DNA of 64,000 bases from an uncultured Chlorobiaceae bacterium (GTDB lineage Bacteria; Bacteroidota; Ignavibacteria; UBA10030; SZUA-254): positions 69,818-133,817 of the forward strand of contig CAZQSM010000001.1 in the NCBI GenBank assembly GCA_964596065.1, read 5' to 3'. Below the pieces are notes generated by a model. It had not been told where the DNA came from. It saw nothing but the letters and a program-made list of their open reading frames with translations, and searched no databases. The translations under genes were made by a program, and so were the position numbers. Shown here piece by piece: positions 33,407 through 43,624 of this stretch; position 1 is the stretch's first letter, and each line of letters opens with the position of its first letter.

Positions 33407-34501
33407 TCATTGTGCCGCCGCGGCGTCCAGGGCCTCGCAGAGGCGTTTCACCCCCTCACGGAACATCACCGGGTCCCCGCCGAGGCCGATCCTGAACCGG
33501 TCGCTCATCCCGAAAAACCTCCCCGGCGTGATCAGCGTCTGCCGATCCCTGAGCAGATCGTCGCAGAGCCGGTCGACTCCGCCCGCCGCCAATTTCGGGA
33601 ACAACACCGTCCCGATGCCCGGATCGTAGCATTCGACGTCCGGTCGCGCCAGCAGGGTGGAGCGGGCGGTCGCGCGGTTTTCGTCAACGAGCGCCCGGGC
33701 TCGCGCCCGGATCCGTCGGAGGTTGGCGAACGCGACCACGCTCAGGCGCTCCGAGACGTGGGGAGGGATGCTCTCGAAGAGGTCCCGCAATCGCCAGATC
33801 GACGCCGCCAGTTCCGGGGAGGCCAGGACCCAGCCGCATCGGAGACCGCTCAGGCCGTACACCTTGGTGAGGCTGTTCGTCACGATGACGTTCCTCCCGA
33901 CGTGGGCCGCGCTCCGGTTCTCCCGGTCGAACGCCGATTCGAGGTACGCCTCGTCGACGAGCAGCCAGGCGGCACGCCGGTCGCATTCCGCCGCGATCGT
34001 CGCGATGACGCGGTCGTCCACCGGCGCGCTCGTGGGATTGTGCAGGTTCGTCAGCGCCACCAGGCGCGTCTTCGGACCGATGCGCCGGCAGACATCGTCC
34101 GGGTCGACGGCGAAATCGCGTTCGGGGCGCCGGGGAAATCGGCGGAGGATCCCCCCCAGGTACGCTGCCGTGGAGCTGATCAGCTCATAGCCCGGCTCCT
34201 CGAGGAGGATTTCGTCCCCCGGCCGCAGCACGGCGGCCATCGCCAGGTGGTTCGCCTGCGACGTCCCGAGCGCTGCCACGACGCGGGAGGAGGGGACTCC
34301 GGTATGACGGGCGATGGCTTCCTGGAGCGGACCGTAGCCATAGAAACTCTCACCCGTGATTTCCAATTCCTCGAGGCGAACGGGGAGGTCGCGAAGGGGA
34401 TAGTTCGCCACTCCGCTGGCTCCGATGTTGTACCGGGCGTGGATGTGGGTTTTCGCCCAGTGCATGTACTCTGACCGCATTGTTTGTCCGACGGTGGTCA
34501 T
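33407..34501 (-). CDS. PLP-dependent aminotransferase, class I/II fold
   Basis: 364 aa from Met MTTVGQTM. Contains SLTKVYGLSGLRCGW (PLP-Lys region) and the NLHNPT motif. The ORF-track entry 33407..35572 extends spuriously across the permease gene in another frame. Confidence 0.75.
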   Translation of the reverse strand: MTTVGQTMRSEYMHWAKTHIHARYNIGASGVANYPLRDLPVRLEELEITGESFYGYGPLQEAIARHTGVPSSRVVAALGTSQANHLAMAAVLRPGDEILLEEPGYELISSTAAYLGGILRRFPRRPERDFAVDPDDVCRRIGPKTRLVALTNLHNPTSAPVDDRVIATIAAECDRRAAWLLVDEAYLESAFDRENRSAAHVGRNVIVTNSLTKVYGLSGLRCGWVLASPELAASIWRLRDLFESIPPHVSERLSVVAFANLRRIRARARALVDENRATARSTLLARPDVECYDPGIGTVLFPKLAAGGVDRLCDDLLRDRQTLITPGRFFGMSDRFRIGLGGDPVMFREGVKRLCEALDAAAAQ

Positions 34502-34521
34502 GGTCCGGTATGGAATGGTGA

Positions 34522-35850
34522 TCAGGGGGGATGTCGTCCGGAGGCGGCGCGGCGCCAGTAGTAGTAGACCGGGACCCCGGCAGCGAGGATCCCGAGGCCC
34601 GCGAGCGTATTGAGGGGGTAGGCATACGCCGTCGTGACGACGATCGCGCAGCAGACGGCGATGAACCCGACGGTCGTGTAGGGATGGCCCGGTACGCGGA
34701 AGCCGCAGGGTAGCCCGGCGTCGCGCTTCCGGAAGACGAAAAGGCAGGCCGCCGAGAGGCCGAAGAAGATGAAATCGTCCGAGACGACGTAACTGAGGAT
34801 CTGTTCGTACGTACCCGACAGCGAGATCGCGATCGCCACGAACCCCTGGAGCAGGATGGCCGTCACCGGGACGCGGGTCTTCGGGTGGAGCGCCCCGACA
34901 TTCCTGAAGAAGAGGCCGTCTTCCGCCATCGCGTAATAGACCCGCGGCGAGGTCAGGATCCCCTGGCTCAGGAACCCGAGCGTCGATATGGCGATACCGA
35001 GCGCGATGACCGTGGCGCCGGTTTCCCCCAGGACGATCCTCATCACCGTGGAGGCCGGGGCCGGCGAGGCGGCAAGGCCGTCGGCGCCGAGCACGATGAG
35101 CGACACGACATTGACCGCGAGATAGAGCACGATGACTCCCGTGACGCCCAGGATCAGGCCCCGCGGGAGGTTTTTCTCCGGGGAGCGGATCTCGCCGGCG
35201 ATGAAACAGGCCGTCTGCCACCCCCCGAACGCGAACATGACGGGGACCATGGCTGCCCCGAACGAGGTCAGGAGGTCGAACGGGTCGGCCTCCCCAGTTC
35301 CGGCGACGGCGGCGAACCGGTTTTCGGGCGCCATCGCGAACCCCGAAACGACCAGGATGACGATCGCCCCGATCTTCAGGACCATCAGGGAACTCTGGAG
35401 CGTCCCCCCCATCCGAACCCCGAGGCAGTTGATGCCCGTCAGTATCGCGAGCGCCGCCGCCGCCAGGAACCATTCCCGTACCGGCATCCCGGTAAGTTCG
35501 ATCGTGTAGCGCGCGAACGTCATCGCCACCGCGGCGAGTCCCCCCGACGTGGAAACGAGGAAGAGCCCCCACCCGAAGAGAAAACCGAGGAGGGGATGGA
35601 ACGCCTCGCGGATATAGGCGTATTGACCGCCGACCGCGGGGCGCCTGGCGGCGAGTTCCGCGTAGATGAAGGCCCCGGTGAGCGCGATCGCCCCGCCGAA
35701 CGTCCAGGCGCCGAGGATCAGCCAGGGGGTGTCGACGATCCGGGCGACGACGTGGGGGTTCATGAAGATACCCGAGCCGATGATGCCGCCCATGACGAGC
35801 ATCGTGGCGTCGAACAGACCCAACCTGCGGGCGAAGCGTGGCTTTTCCAT
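34522..35850 (-). CDS. Amino acid permease (APC superfamily)
   Basis: About 442 aa, 12 TM, from Met MEKPRFARRLGLFDATMLVMGGIIGSGIF (GSGIF APC signature). The upstream in-frame extension is unsupported. Confidence 0.85.
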   Translation of the reverse strand: MEKPRFARRLGLFDATMLVMGGIIGSGIFMNPHVVARIVDTPWLILGAWTFGGAIALTGAFIYAELAARRPAVGGQYAYIREAFHPLLGFLFGWGLFLVSTSGGLAAVAMTFARYTIELTGMPVREWFLAAAALAILTGINCLGVRMGGTLQSSLMVLKIGAIVILVVSGFAMAPENRFAAVAGTGEADPFDLLTSFGAAMVPVMFAFGGWQTACFIAGEIRSPEKNLPRGLILGVTGVIVLYLAVNVVSLIVLGADGLAASPAPASTVMRIVLGETGATVIALGIAISTLGFLSQGILTSPRVYYAMAEDGLFFRNVGALHPKTRVPVTAILLQGFVAIAISLSGTYEQILSYVVSDDFIFFGLSAACLFVFRKRDAGLPCGFRVPGHPYTTVGFIAVCCAIVVTTAYAYPLNTLAGLGILAAGVPVYYYWRRAASGRHPP

Positions 35851-35922
35851 CCGTGGCGTGGAATATAAAGTTATTTTGTATCTTCCACCACTTTCACGTC
35901 GGTGCATCAACCAGGCAGGCCT

Positions 35923-37293
35923 ATGCAAACTCCCGGAATCCGGGATCTCATCCCGATCATCATCCTGACCGCCGCAATGTTGACCCCCGCGGGCGCCGCA
36001 CGACCATGGCAGGGTGGAGGCCAGGCGCTCGCCGATTCGGTCAGGGCGGAGTTCCTCCACTCATGGAACGCCTACAAACGGTACGCCTGGGGACACGACG
36101 CGCTGAAACCGTTGAGCAGGACGCCTCACGACTGGTACGGGGTCTCGCTCTGCATGACTCCCGTCGACGCGTTCGACACGATGGTGCTGATGGGCCTGAA
36201 AGAGGAGGCGAACGAGGCCAAACAGCTTATCTTCGACAGCCTGACGTTCGACCGCGACCTCGAGGTCCAGAGTTTCGAAATCACCATCCGGTTGCTTGGG
36301 GGACTCCTCTCGGCCTACCAGCTCGACGGCGACGCCAGGTTTCTCGGGCTCGCCGACGACCTCGGCGCCCGGCTGCTCCCGGTCTTCTCGTCAGCCACAG
36401 GGATGCCGTACCGGTACATCAACCTCCGCACCGGGGCGATCCGGGATTCGATCAACAACCCGGCGGAAATCGGGACCGCCCTGCTGGAGTTCGGGACGCT
36501 CGCGAAGCTGACGGGGAAGCGGGCATACTACGACAGGCCGAAACAGGCGCTCCGGTCGCTCTACGCCGCGCGATCGCCGATCGGTCTCGTGGGGACCTGG
36601 ATCAACGTCGAAACGGGGGAGTGGACCAACACCGGCGCGCACATCGGCGGGGCGATCGATTCCTATTACGAATACCTCCTCAAGGCGTGGCTCCTCTTCG
36701 GCGACCGGGAATGCCTCGACATGTGGCAGACGCACATCGCCGCGATCAACACCCATCTCGCCGACACGACGGCCGGCGGCCTCTGGTACGGCAGGGCGGA
36801 GATGGCCACCGGCAACAGGACCGCCACGCGCTTCGGCGCGCTCGAATCGTTCTTCCCGGCCGTGCTCTGTCTCGCCGGCGACACCGTCCGGGCCGCCCGG
36901 CTCCAGGAATCGGTCTACCGGATGTGGAACCTCCACGGAATCGAACCGGAGCAGATCGATTACGTGACGATGAACGTCACGTCTCCCGGGTACCCGCTGA
37001 GGCCCGAGATCGTCGAATCGGCCTACTACCTCTACCGGACGACCGGAAACCAGCGCCACCGCGCCATGGGGGAGAAGATCCTTGCCGACCTGAAAAAGTA
37101 TTGCAGGACCGAAGCCGGATACGCCCACCTCACCGACGTGACGACGAAGGAAAAGGGGGACGCGATGGAGAGCTTCTTCTTCGCCGAAACACTGAAATAC
37201 CTTTACCTCCTCTTCGCGCCGCCTGAAACGCTCGACTTTGGCACAACCATTTTCATGACCGAGGCGCATCCAGTACGAAAAACGTGGGATTGA
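35923..37293 (+). CDS. GH47 class-I alpha-1,2-mannosidase, secreted
   Basis: SFEITIRLLGGLLSAY, GAIDSYYEYLLKAW and ESFFFAETLKYLYLLF are classic GH47 signatures. Signal peptide from MQTPGIRDLIPIIILTAAMLTPAGAA. Confidence 0.8.
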   Translation: MQTPGIRDLIPIIILTAAMLTPAGAARPWQGGGQALADSVRAEFLHSWNAYKRYAWGHDALKPLSRTPHDWYGVSLCMTPVDAFDTMVLMGLKEEANEAKQLIFDSLTFDRDLEVQSFEITIRLLGGLLSAYQLDGDARFLGLADDLGARLLPVFSSATGMPYRYINLRTGAIRDSINNPAEIGTALLEFGTLAKLTGKRAYYDRPKQALRSLYAARSPIGLVGTWINVETGEWTNTGAHIGGAIDSYYEYLLKAWLLFGDRECLDMWQTHIAAINTHLADTTAGGLWYGRAEMATGNRTATRFGALESFFPAVLCLAGDTVRAARLQESVYRMWNLHGIEPEQIDYVTMNVTSPGYPLRPEIVESAYYLYRTTGNQRHRAMGEKILADLKKYCRTEAGYAHLTDVTTKEKGDAMESFFFAETLKYLYLLFAPPETLDFGTTIFMTEAHPVRKTWD

Positions 37294-37385
37294 TCCAGGA
37301 AGGCTCCCAAACTCCTTGCATAATCGGCGGGAAATGCATATATTTTGGCTGTAATTTCAACGAAGAACGCCGGATAGCGGGATGG

Positions 37386-37456
37386 AGCCCGTAGCTCAGG
37401 GGTAGAGCATCTGCCTTTTAAGCAGATGGCCGTTGGTTCAATTCCAACCGGGCTCA
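37386..37456 (+). tRNA. tRNA-Lys (anticodon TTT)
   Basis: Acceptor GAGCCCG/CGGGCTC. Anticodon stem TCTGC/GCAGA with loop CTTTTAA. T-arm GTTGG-TTCAATT-CCAAC. Discriminator A. Ends are +/-2 nt. Confidence 0.8.
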
Positions 37457-37464
37457 CGGATTTT

Positions 37465-37551
37465 GCGCGAGTGGTGAAACTGGCAGACACACCATCTTGA
37501 GGGGGTGGCGCCCGAAAGGGCATGCGAGTTCAAGTCTCGCCTCGCGCACCA
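37465..37551 (+). tRNA. tRNA-Leu (anticodon GAG), CCA encoded
   Basis: Acceptor GCGCGAG/CTCGCGC. Leu-type D-arm GTGGTGAAACTGGCAGAC. Anticodon stem CCATC/GGTGG with loop TTGAGGG. Long variable arm. T-arm GCGAG-TTCAAGT-CTCGC. Followed by T-run. Confidence 0.8.
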
Positions 37552-37564
37552 TTTTCAGCGTTTC

Positions 37565-37593
37565 TTGACTTTTTCAAGAGAGAGACGTATCTT
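37565..37593 (+). promoter_or_regulatory. Sigma70-like promoter TTGACT-17-TATCTT upstream of 37611 gene
   Basis: Read from the sequence: TTGACT 37565-37570, 17-nt spacer, TATCTT 37588-37593. Confidence 0.4.
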
Positions 37594-37610
37594 CCGGCCG
37601 GTACGGATAT

Positions 37611-38021
37611 ATGAGCATTCGACACATCATGCACCTGATCCTGGCGACTTTGCTGGTCGTTTCCGCGGGCATCGCGGACGTGATCCGGCAGGGGACGCTC
37701 CAGGCGACCAGCGACGGCGTCGCTGTCACCATCCGCTGGGTGTCCGACGATGAAAACGCGGTGGCCCTGTTCGAGATCGAGAGGCGCGGAGGCACCGACG
37801 GAGAATTCGCCCCCATCGGACACCTGGATCCGAAAGGCCCTTCCGTCTACGAATTCGTCGATAACTCCGCCTTCATGAAGGCCGGCTCGCTCTACCAGTA
37901 CCGAATCAGGATCTCCTTCAGCGACGGCCGGGCGCCGTACTACACCAACCCGCTGACGATCTCCCATACCGTCTCCGGCGTCAGGCGCACCTGGGGCAGC
38001 ATCAAGGCGATGTTCCGATAA
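37611..38021 (+). CDS. Small secreted hypothetical protein
   Basis: Signal peptide MSIRHIMHLILATLLVVSAGIA, 136 aa, no recognisable catalytic motif. Confidence 0.4.
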   Translation: MSIRHIMHLILATLLVVSAGIADVIRQGTLQATSDGVAVTIRWVSDDENAVALFEIERRGGTDGEFAPIGHLDPKGPSVYEFVDNSAFMKAGSLYQYRIRISFSDGRAPYYTNPLTISHTVSGVRRTWGSIKAMFR

Positions 38022-38098
38022 TCATCCGGCGTTCAGGCGGCGAAACCATTGGAGAGCGGGCGTTTTCGGTTCGCTCTTTTTTTTTATAGGCGGCACCG

Positions 38099-38683
38099 GT
38101 GAGTAAACCCATCATCCTGGCATCGGCCTCCCCGCGTCGCCGCCACCTCCTCCGCCAGATCGGCATGGCCTTCACGGTGGACGGGAGCAATGTCACCGAA
38201 GACGTCGACGACGGGACATCGCCGCAGGAGATCGTGGAGGAGCTTGCGTACCGCAAGGCGCTCGATGTGTCGCGGCGGCACCCGTCCGCCTACGTGATCG
38301 GGGCGGACACGATCGTCGTCCTCGACGGCGCTGTGCTCGGGAAACCGGCCGATCCCCCCGACGCGCTCAGGATGCTGCGGCTGCTCAGCGGCCGCACGCA
38401 CCAGGTCTATACAGGGTTCTGCGTCATCGAGACTCCGGGCGGCCGGTCGTTCCGCGATCACGTCGTGACGGATGTGACGTTCCGGAGATTGTCGGAGGTG
38501 GAGATCGCGGAGTACGTCCTCGGCGGCTCGCCGATGGACAAGGCCGGCGCCTACGGCATCCAGGACGATCGCGGGGCGATCTTCATCGAGCGGATCGACG
38601 GGTGCTTTTATAACGTGGTCGGGTTTCCGCTCGCCAGGTTCCACCAGCGGTTTTCGGAATTCAGGAAGAGCTCACATGGATAA
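38099..38683 (+). CDS. maf: Maf-like nucleoside triphosphate pyrophosphatase
   Basis: N-terminal [13 protein letters not shown] signature. About 194 aa. Confidence 0.85.
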   Translation: MSKPIILASASPRRRHLLRQIGMAFTVDGSNVTEDVDDGTSPQEIVEELAYRKALDVSRRHPSAYVIGADTIVVLDGAVLGKPADPPDALRMLRLLSGRTHQVYTGFCVIETPGGRSFRDHVVTDVTFRRLSEVEIAEYVLGGSPMDKAGAYGIQDDRGAIFIERIDGCFYNVVGFPLARFHQRFSEFRKSSHG

Positions 38684-39083
38684 AAAGATACGCGTGCTGA
38701 TCGCCAAAGTCGGGCTCGACGGCCACGACAGGGGAGCCAAGGTGATCGCGGCGGCGCTGCGCGACGCCGGAATGGAAGTGATCTACACGGGGCTGCGAAA
38801 AACCCCGGAGATGGTGGTCGAGGCCGCCCTCCAGGAGGACGTCGACGCGATCGGCGTCAGCCTCCTGAGCGGGGCGCATATGACCATCTTCCCCCGCATC
38901 CTGAAGCTGATGGTGGAGAAGGGGCTCAAGGACGTGCTCCTCTTCGGCGGGGGCATCATTCCCGAACCGGACATCGTCGCGCTGAAGAAGGCGGGCGTCG
39001 GCGCGCTCTTTACCCCGGGCGCCTCCACGCTCGACATCGCCGCCTATCTGAAGGACTGGGCCGGGCAACACCCTCGTAACTGA
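38676..39083 (+). CDS. Cobalamin (B12)-binding domain protein (methylmalonyl-CoA mutase small-subunit-like)
   Basis: [35 protein letters not shown] contains the DxHxxG B12-binding motif (DGHDRG). 135 aa. Confidence 0.75.
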   Translation: MDKKIRVLIAKVGLDGHDRGAKVIAAALRDAGMEVIYTGLRKTPEMVVEAALQEDVDAIGVSLLSGAHMTIFPRILKLMVEKGLKDVLLFGGGIIPEPDIVALKKAGVGALFTPGASTLDIAAYLKDWAGQHPRN

Positions 39084-39098
39084 CGCCCTACCGCGCCC

Positions 39099-41486
39099 TC
39101 AGCCGCCCCCCGTATCGAGCCAGATCGTCGGCTCGGGGGTGGACGCATCCTCGTCCCCTTCCTCCGACACGTCACCCCCCGAGGGTTCGACCTTTTTCGT
39201 GAGGACCAGGATGCCCCGGGGACTGAACCCGAACAGGTCCTCGGGCGAAAAGATCATCCTGAAATCGGCCGGGGTGAAAAAGGGCTCGAACTTCCTCGAT
39301 AATTCTTCGAGCCGTTTCAGGTAGAAGGGAATGTTTTCATCTGGGGCCACCGGATCCCACTCGGACGAGAGCCGGCAATTGGCGAAATTCTGCCCTGAGG
39401 GGTCGTTTCCCGTAATGTAGAACGCGACCTTCTCACCTTTCCTCCACTCCCCCAGGACCCTCAACGCCGCCTCGTAGGGGGCCGATTTGTTCCGTTTTTC
39501 CTTCTTCACCGCCTCCTGATATTCTTCCGGCCCGTCCCTGAGAGTCTCCGTCCTCGAAAAGTCCTCGACCTGGAGCTTGTTCGAGGAGATGTCCCTGTGG
39601 AGATCCACGTATTCTCGATGGAGCCCTTCGATGTCCCCACGCAATATCGCTTCGATGCAATTCCTGACATACTTCCTCCCGAACCTCTCGATGCTGCGGG
39701 AGGTGAGGGATGACCCCTTCAACGTGATTTTTCCGTCGTACCCTTCGAGGGCGTAATTTTTCGGTTTGTAGCTGAGCATCTTCCGGTAGCGGCCATTCAG
39801 GGCGAGCGAAATCCCCTCCGGGAGCGTGGATGCGATGCTTTTGACGAACCTGGACTCCTGCTCTTCCGTCCGGATGTTCGGCGGGGGGACGAAAAAGACA
39901 CCGTCGGTGTCGACCTCAACGACGGCGCCTTGTTTATCGACAATCGTCCGGATCAGTCCCCGGAGGAGTTCCTGGCCGCTTTTCGTGACCCGGTCGGCCG
40001 CGATGGTGTCGTTGAACAGGCCCCGGCCGTAACCGAGATATCCATAAAAAGAATTGATCAGAATCTTGAAAGAGGATTGAATGGCGTCGAGTTTGCCCTT
40101 CTCTGACAGGTCTTTGGCGGCCTTCATCTCCTTTTTCGCCTGAAGCCTCATCGTCGTCAATTCCCGGAGCAGCCCAGAAAATATACCGAGGGATTCGCTG
40201 TGGGGAGCGATCCCCTCGGTGAGCATCAGGGAGGGATAGAGCGATTCGACGTCGATGTCCAGGACGGGGCCGACGACACCGGTGAGGAACACGTCCGTGT
40301 ACCCGCCGGATGTCGGCCTGGTCGGCTCGGGTGACGGGACCGAGACGCGACGGCGGATGTATTCCCTGAGGAGGATCGACTCGATCTTCGTGGCGGAACC
40401 GTTGCGCGCGGCCGTCCCGTAGTTGAACGGGGTGAGCCTGGTGAGGTAAAAATGCGGTGGGGAGAGGAAGTCGCTCAGCTGCCGCGTCTCGTCGACGTCG
40501 TCGAGTGCGTACTCGGCGAGGAGGTCGGGTTCGTGGTCCCAGTGCCACGATATTCGATCGGGGTTGATGTACACGCGGTTTTCCCTCGCAAAACCAAAGT
40601 GTTGCGCCGCCTGCTTCAGGCCGTAACTCTCGAGTTTGCGCTTCGAATGGTCGTAGTTCTGGAGGAGTAGCCAGGTATCGATAATGTGCCGTCCGGGGAT
40701 GTCCAGGACCTGCACCTCCTGCGCCCGGTCTGTGCGCATCTGCCGCCCGTCGGTCGCCCTCATCCTGATCCCTTCACGGCCGAACTGCGGGTCCACCCCG
40801 TGAAGAGTGCAACGTCGCAGGATGTAGGGGAGGTCGAAGTTGTAGATGTTATGCCCCTCGATCACGTCGAAGTCCTTCTCCCGGATGACCGCGAAAAGCC
40901 TCCGGAGCATGTCGGGCTCGGAATGGGCGCGGCCGTCGAGGACCTCCCGGTATCCGCGGTTGTCCGAGAGGGCGATCAGGATGATCCGGTCCTCCGGCCT
41001 GGCGGGGTTGCTGAAACTCCGCGCCTGGGAGGAATATGTCTCGATGTCGAGCTGGAGGCGGTGAAGGTCGTCGAATTCCATCCCGCCGAAGAGCGTCATT
41101 CCGCTCTGAAGGAGGTACTGCGACACCGGATCGGTGCGCAGGAGGAGGGAGGGTACGTCCTGGAAGGAGCCGGCGCCGGCCTTGAGGCGGTCGTTGTGCC
41201 TCTCGATGACATGCCGCACGGCGTCCCACATCTCTGACCAGCGCTGGAAGGCCGCGAGAAAACGGTAGTAGTGGCCTCCGTCGAGCGTTTTCAGCCAGTG
41301 CTTTTTCCGGAAACCCTCGAGAAGCGTGGAGTCGGAGAGGTGGAAAAAGGGGAAGAATTCCTCGTCCCTCGCGACAACGCCGTCGGACGTCCGCTTGTAG
41401 AGGCGCATCCGGTCGTCCGCCACCGGATGCACCGCCAGGAGACCCGGTTCCGGATTATGCCCGTAGAGCAGCGATTGGTCGCTCAT
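39099..41486 (-). CDS. polB: Family-B DNA polymerase (Pol II-like) with intact 3'-5' exonuclease and polymerase motifs
   Basis: Exo I LQLDIETYS. Exo II GHNIYNFDLPYI. Exo III YALDDVDET. Motif A LDIDVESLYPSLM. Motif B KILINSFYGYLGY. Motif C VVEVDTDGVFF. KxY motif YKPKNYAL. 795 aa. Confidence 0.9.
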   Translation of the reverse strand: MSDQSLLYGHNPEPGLLAVHPVADDRMRLYKRTSDGVVARDEEFFPFFHLSDSTLLEGFRKKHWLKTLDGGHYYRFLAAFQRWSEMWDAVRHVIERHNDRLKAGAGSFQDVPSLLLRTDPVSQYLLQSGMTLFGGMEFDDLHRLQLDIETYSSQARSFSNPARPEDRIILIALSDNRGYREVLDGRAHSEPDMLRRLFAVIREKDFDVIEGHNIYNFDLPYILRRCTLHGVDPQFGREGIRMRATDGRQMRTDRAQEVQVLDIPGRHIIDTWLLLQNYDHSKRKLESYGLKQAAQHFGFARENRVYINPDRISWHWDHEPDLLAEYALDDVDETRQLSDFLSPPHFYLTRLTPFNYGTAARNGSATKIESILLREYIRRRVSVPSPEPTRPTSGGYTDVFLTGVVGPVLDIDVESLYPSLMLTEGIAPHSESLGIFSGLLRELTTMRLQAKKEMKAAKDLSEKGKLDAIQSSFKILINSFYGYLGYGRGLFNDTIAADRVTKSGQELLRGLIRTIVDKQGAVVEVDTDGVFFVPPPNIRTEEQESRFVKSIASTLPEGISLALNGRYRKMLSYKPKNYALEGYDGKITLKGSSLTSRSIERFGRKYVRNCIEAILRGDIEGLHREYVDLHRDISSNKLQVEDFSRTETLRDGPEEYQEAVKKEKRNKSAPYEAALRVLGEWRKGEKVAFYITGNDPSGQNFANCRLSSEWDPVAPDENIPFYLKRLEELSRKFEPFFTPADFRMIFSPEDLFGFSPRGILVLTKKVEPSGGDVSEEGDEDASTPEPTIWLDTGGG

Positions 41487-41513
41487 GCGTATCCGGCGCC
41501 GCGTTCAACCCGG

Positions 41514-42266
41514 TCATTTCTTCTCCATGAAGGGTTTGATCAGGTCGATCGGCACCGGGAACAGGATCGTGGAGTTCTTGTCGGCCGCGACCTCCGTCAG
41601 CGTCTGCAGGAACCTGAGCTGGAGCGCGATCGGGTTCTGGGCGATGACCGACGCCGCCTCGCCGAGTTTCTGGCTCGCCTGGAGTTCTCCTTCCGCGTGC
41701 ACCACCTTCGCCCGCCGTTCCCGCTCGGCCTCCGCCTGGCGCGCCATCGCCCGCTGCATCTCGGGCGGAAGGTCGATCTGCTTCACCTCGACGTTCGAGA
41801 CCTTGATGCCCCAGGGCTCGGTGTGCTCGTCGATGATGACCTGGAGCTGCTGGTTGATCTTGTCGCGCTGGGCGAGCAGGTCGTCGAGCTCCGACTGGCC
41901 GAGGATGCTCCTGAGGGTCGTCTGGGAGAGCTGCGACGTGGCGTACAGGTAGTTTTCGACGTCGACGATCGCCTTCGCCGCGTCGACGACCCTGAAGTAG
42001 ACGACGGCGTTGACCTTGATCGAAACGTTGTCCTTGGTGATGACGTCCTGCGGCGGGATGTCGAGCACGACGGTCCTGAGGCTCACCTTGACGATTTTGT
42101 CGATGAGGGGGATGAGGAGAATGAGTCCCGGGCCTTTTTCGCCGATCAACCGGCCCAGGCGGAAGACTACCCCGCGTTCGTATTCCCTGAGGATCCGGAT
42201 CGCGTTCGACAGGATGAGCAGCCCGAAGACCAGGATGACGATGAATAGCACGGACATTTGCTGCAT
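41514..42266 (-). CDS. SPFH/Band-7 (stomatin-like) membrane protein
   Basis: N-terminal TM ([20 protein letters not shown]), then an SPFH domain, then a coiled-coil Ala/Glu-rich region ([17 protein letters not shown]). Start taken at the internal Met; the upstream extension is Arg/Gly-rich. Confidence 0.85.
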   Translation of the reverse strand: MQQMSVLFIVILVFGLLILSNAIRILREYERGVVFRLGRLIGEKGPGLILLIPLIDKIVKVSLRTVVLDIPPQDVITKDNVSIKVNAVVYFRVVDAAKAIVDVENYLYATSQLSQTTLRSILGQSELDDLLAQRDKINQQLQVIIDEHTEPWGIKVSNVEVKQIDLPPEMQRAMARQAEAERERRAKVVHAEGELQASQKLGEAASVIAQNPIALQLRFLQTLTEVAADKNSTILFPVPIDLIKPFMEKK

Positions 42267-42280
42267 GGGACCTCCGATGG

Positions 42281-43567
42281 TTAAGTATTCGACTTTTTCC
42301 GGACGATGAGGCGAAGGTTTTCGACGTTCTCGACGATGATCCGTTCCCCGCCGCGGATCTCCCCCCCGGAGCTCGCGGCGGACCAGATTTCGCCGTGCAC
42401 CCGGACCTGCCCCGCCGGGTTGAGATCGCCGATGGCGCTCCCTTCCTCGCCCAGGAGCCCCTGGGAACCGGTGGTGGGCTTCCGACCCTGGGCCTTCAGC
42501 CCCATACCGACCAGGAAGAGAAAGAACAGCGTGGTGGCCACGACCGACGCGACGATGACCTCCCACGAGAGCGAGACGACATCGAGCAGCGAACCGGTTT
42601 CGAAGAGCATCACCGACCCCACCGTGAGCGACACCACGCCGCCGATCGCCAGCAGCCCGTGGCTCACGATCTTGATCTCGAGCAGGAAGAGCACCACGCT
42701 GAAGAGGATCAGTCCCACCCCGGCGTAGTTCAACGGCAGCGTGTGGAGGGCATAGAAGGCGATGATGAGCGAAATGACGCCGACGATGCCGGGAAAGATG
42801 GCCCCGGGGTTGTAGAGCTCGAACATCAGGCCGTAGATGCCGAGCATCATGAAGATGTAGGCGATGTTCGGGTCGCTGATGATGTCGAGGAAGTTCTGCT
42901 GAAACGATTTCGCGATGCTGACGATCTCCGCGCCGCCGGTCCGGAGGGTGTCACGGCGTTCGCCGACGGTGACTGCGCGCCCGTCGATCTCCCGGACCAG
43001 CGACGGGACGTCGGCGGCGACGACATCGATCACCCGCTGCTTCAACGCCTCGGCCTCGGTGATCGAGACGCTCCTGCGGACCGACTCCTCCGCCCACCCG
43101 ACGTTCCGCTTCCGCTGTTCGCTGATCGACCGGATGAAGGCCGCGGCGTCGTTGGTCGCCTTCTCCGACATCACCGAATCCATCTGCTCCCCGATCAGGA
43201 CCGGGTGCGCCGCGCCGATGTTCGTGCCGGGCGCCATCGCGGCAACGTGTCCTGCCAGGGTGATGAACACCCCCGCTGACGCCGCCTGGGCCCCGGATGG
43301 GGAGACGTAGACGATCACCGGGAGGGGGGCCCCGAGGATATCCGAGACGATGCTCCGCGTCGACTTGAGGAGGCCGCCGGGCGTATTGAGGCGGATGACC
43401 AGGGCGGCGGCTCCGGCGTCGCGGGCGTCGGAGATCGAGCGGCGGATGTAGTCCGCCGACGAGGGGTTGATGGCCGATTCCACGGTGATCACGTGGATCC
43501 GCCCGCCCGCCGTCGGGGTACCGACTCCGGCGGTGGCCAGGAGGAGGAGGGCAAACAGCGTTTTCAT
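42281..43567 (-). CDS. nfeD: NfeD-family membrane-bound serine protease (stomatin operon partner)
   Basis: Signal [14 protein letters not shown]. ClpP-like domain ([18 protein letters not shown]), multi-TM middle, C-terminal OB-fold domain. The ORF-track 5' extension overlaps a tRNA gene and is rejected. Confidence 0.85.
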   Translation of the reverse strand: MKTLFALLLLATAGVGTPTAGGRIHVITVESAINPSSADYIRRSISDARDAGAAALVIRLNTPGGLLKSTRSIVSDILGAPLPVIVYVSPSGAQAASAGVFITLAGHVAAMAPGTNIGAAHPVLIGEQMDSVMSEKATNDAAAFIRSISEQRKRNVGWAEESVRRSVSITEAEALKQRVIDVVAADVPSLVREIDGRAVTVGERRDTLRTGGAEIVSIAKSFQQNFLDIISDPNIAYIFMMLGIYGLMFELYNPGAIFPGIVGVISLIIAFYALHTLPLNYAGVGLILFSVVLFLLEIKIVSHGLLAIGGVVSLTVGSVMLFETGSLLDVVSLSWEVIVASVVATTLFFLFLVGMGLKAQGRKPTTGSQGLLGEEGSAIGDLNPAGQVRVHGEIWSAASSGGEIRGGERIIVENVENLRLIVRKKSNT

Positions 43568-43624
43568 CGGGCCTCGTCGACCGATTGTGGGGAAGGGAAC
43601 CGTCCGGAGCCGGTTCCCGCGTCG

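Noticed and set aside
33401-35572. 357-aa plus-strand ORF and 721-aa minus-strand ORF spanning the aminotransferase and permease genes
   Set aside because: The 721-aa frame is real only for its last 364 codons (the aminotransferase). Upstream it runs out of frame through the permease gene. The plus-strand ORF is antisense low-complexity.
35838-37269. 462-aa plus-strand ORF and 292-aa minus-strand ORF overlapping the GH47 gene
   Set aside because: Alternative frames of the GH47 gene with Arg/Pro/Gly-rich products. The GH47 frame carries diagnostic motifs.
41271-42566. N-terminal 100-codon extension of the stomatin ORF and plus-strand ORFs 41271..42248 and 41485..41952
   Set aside because: Gly/Arg-rich extension with no homology. 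Start reassigned to the Met preceding the TM helix. The plus-strand ORFs are antisense to the polB and stomatin genes.
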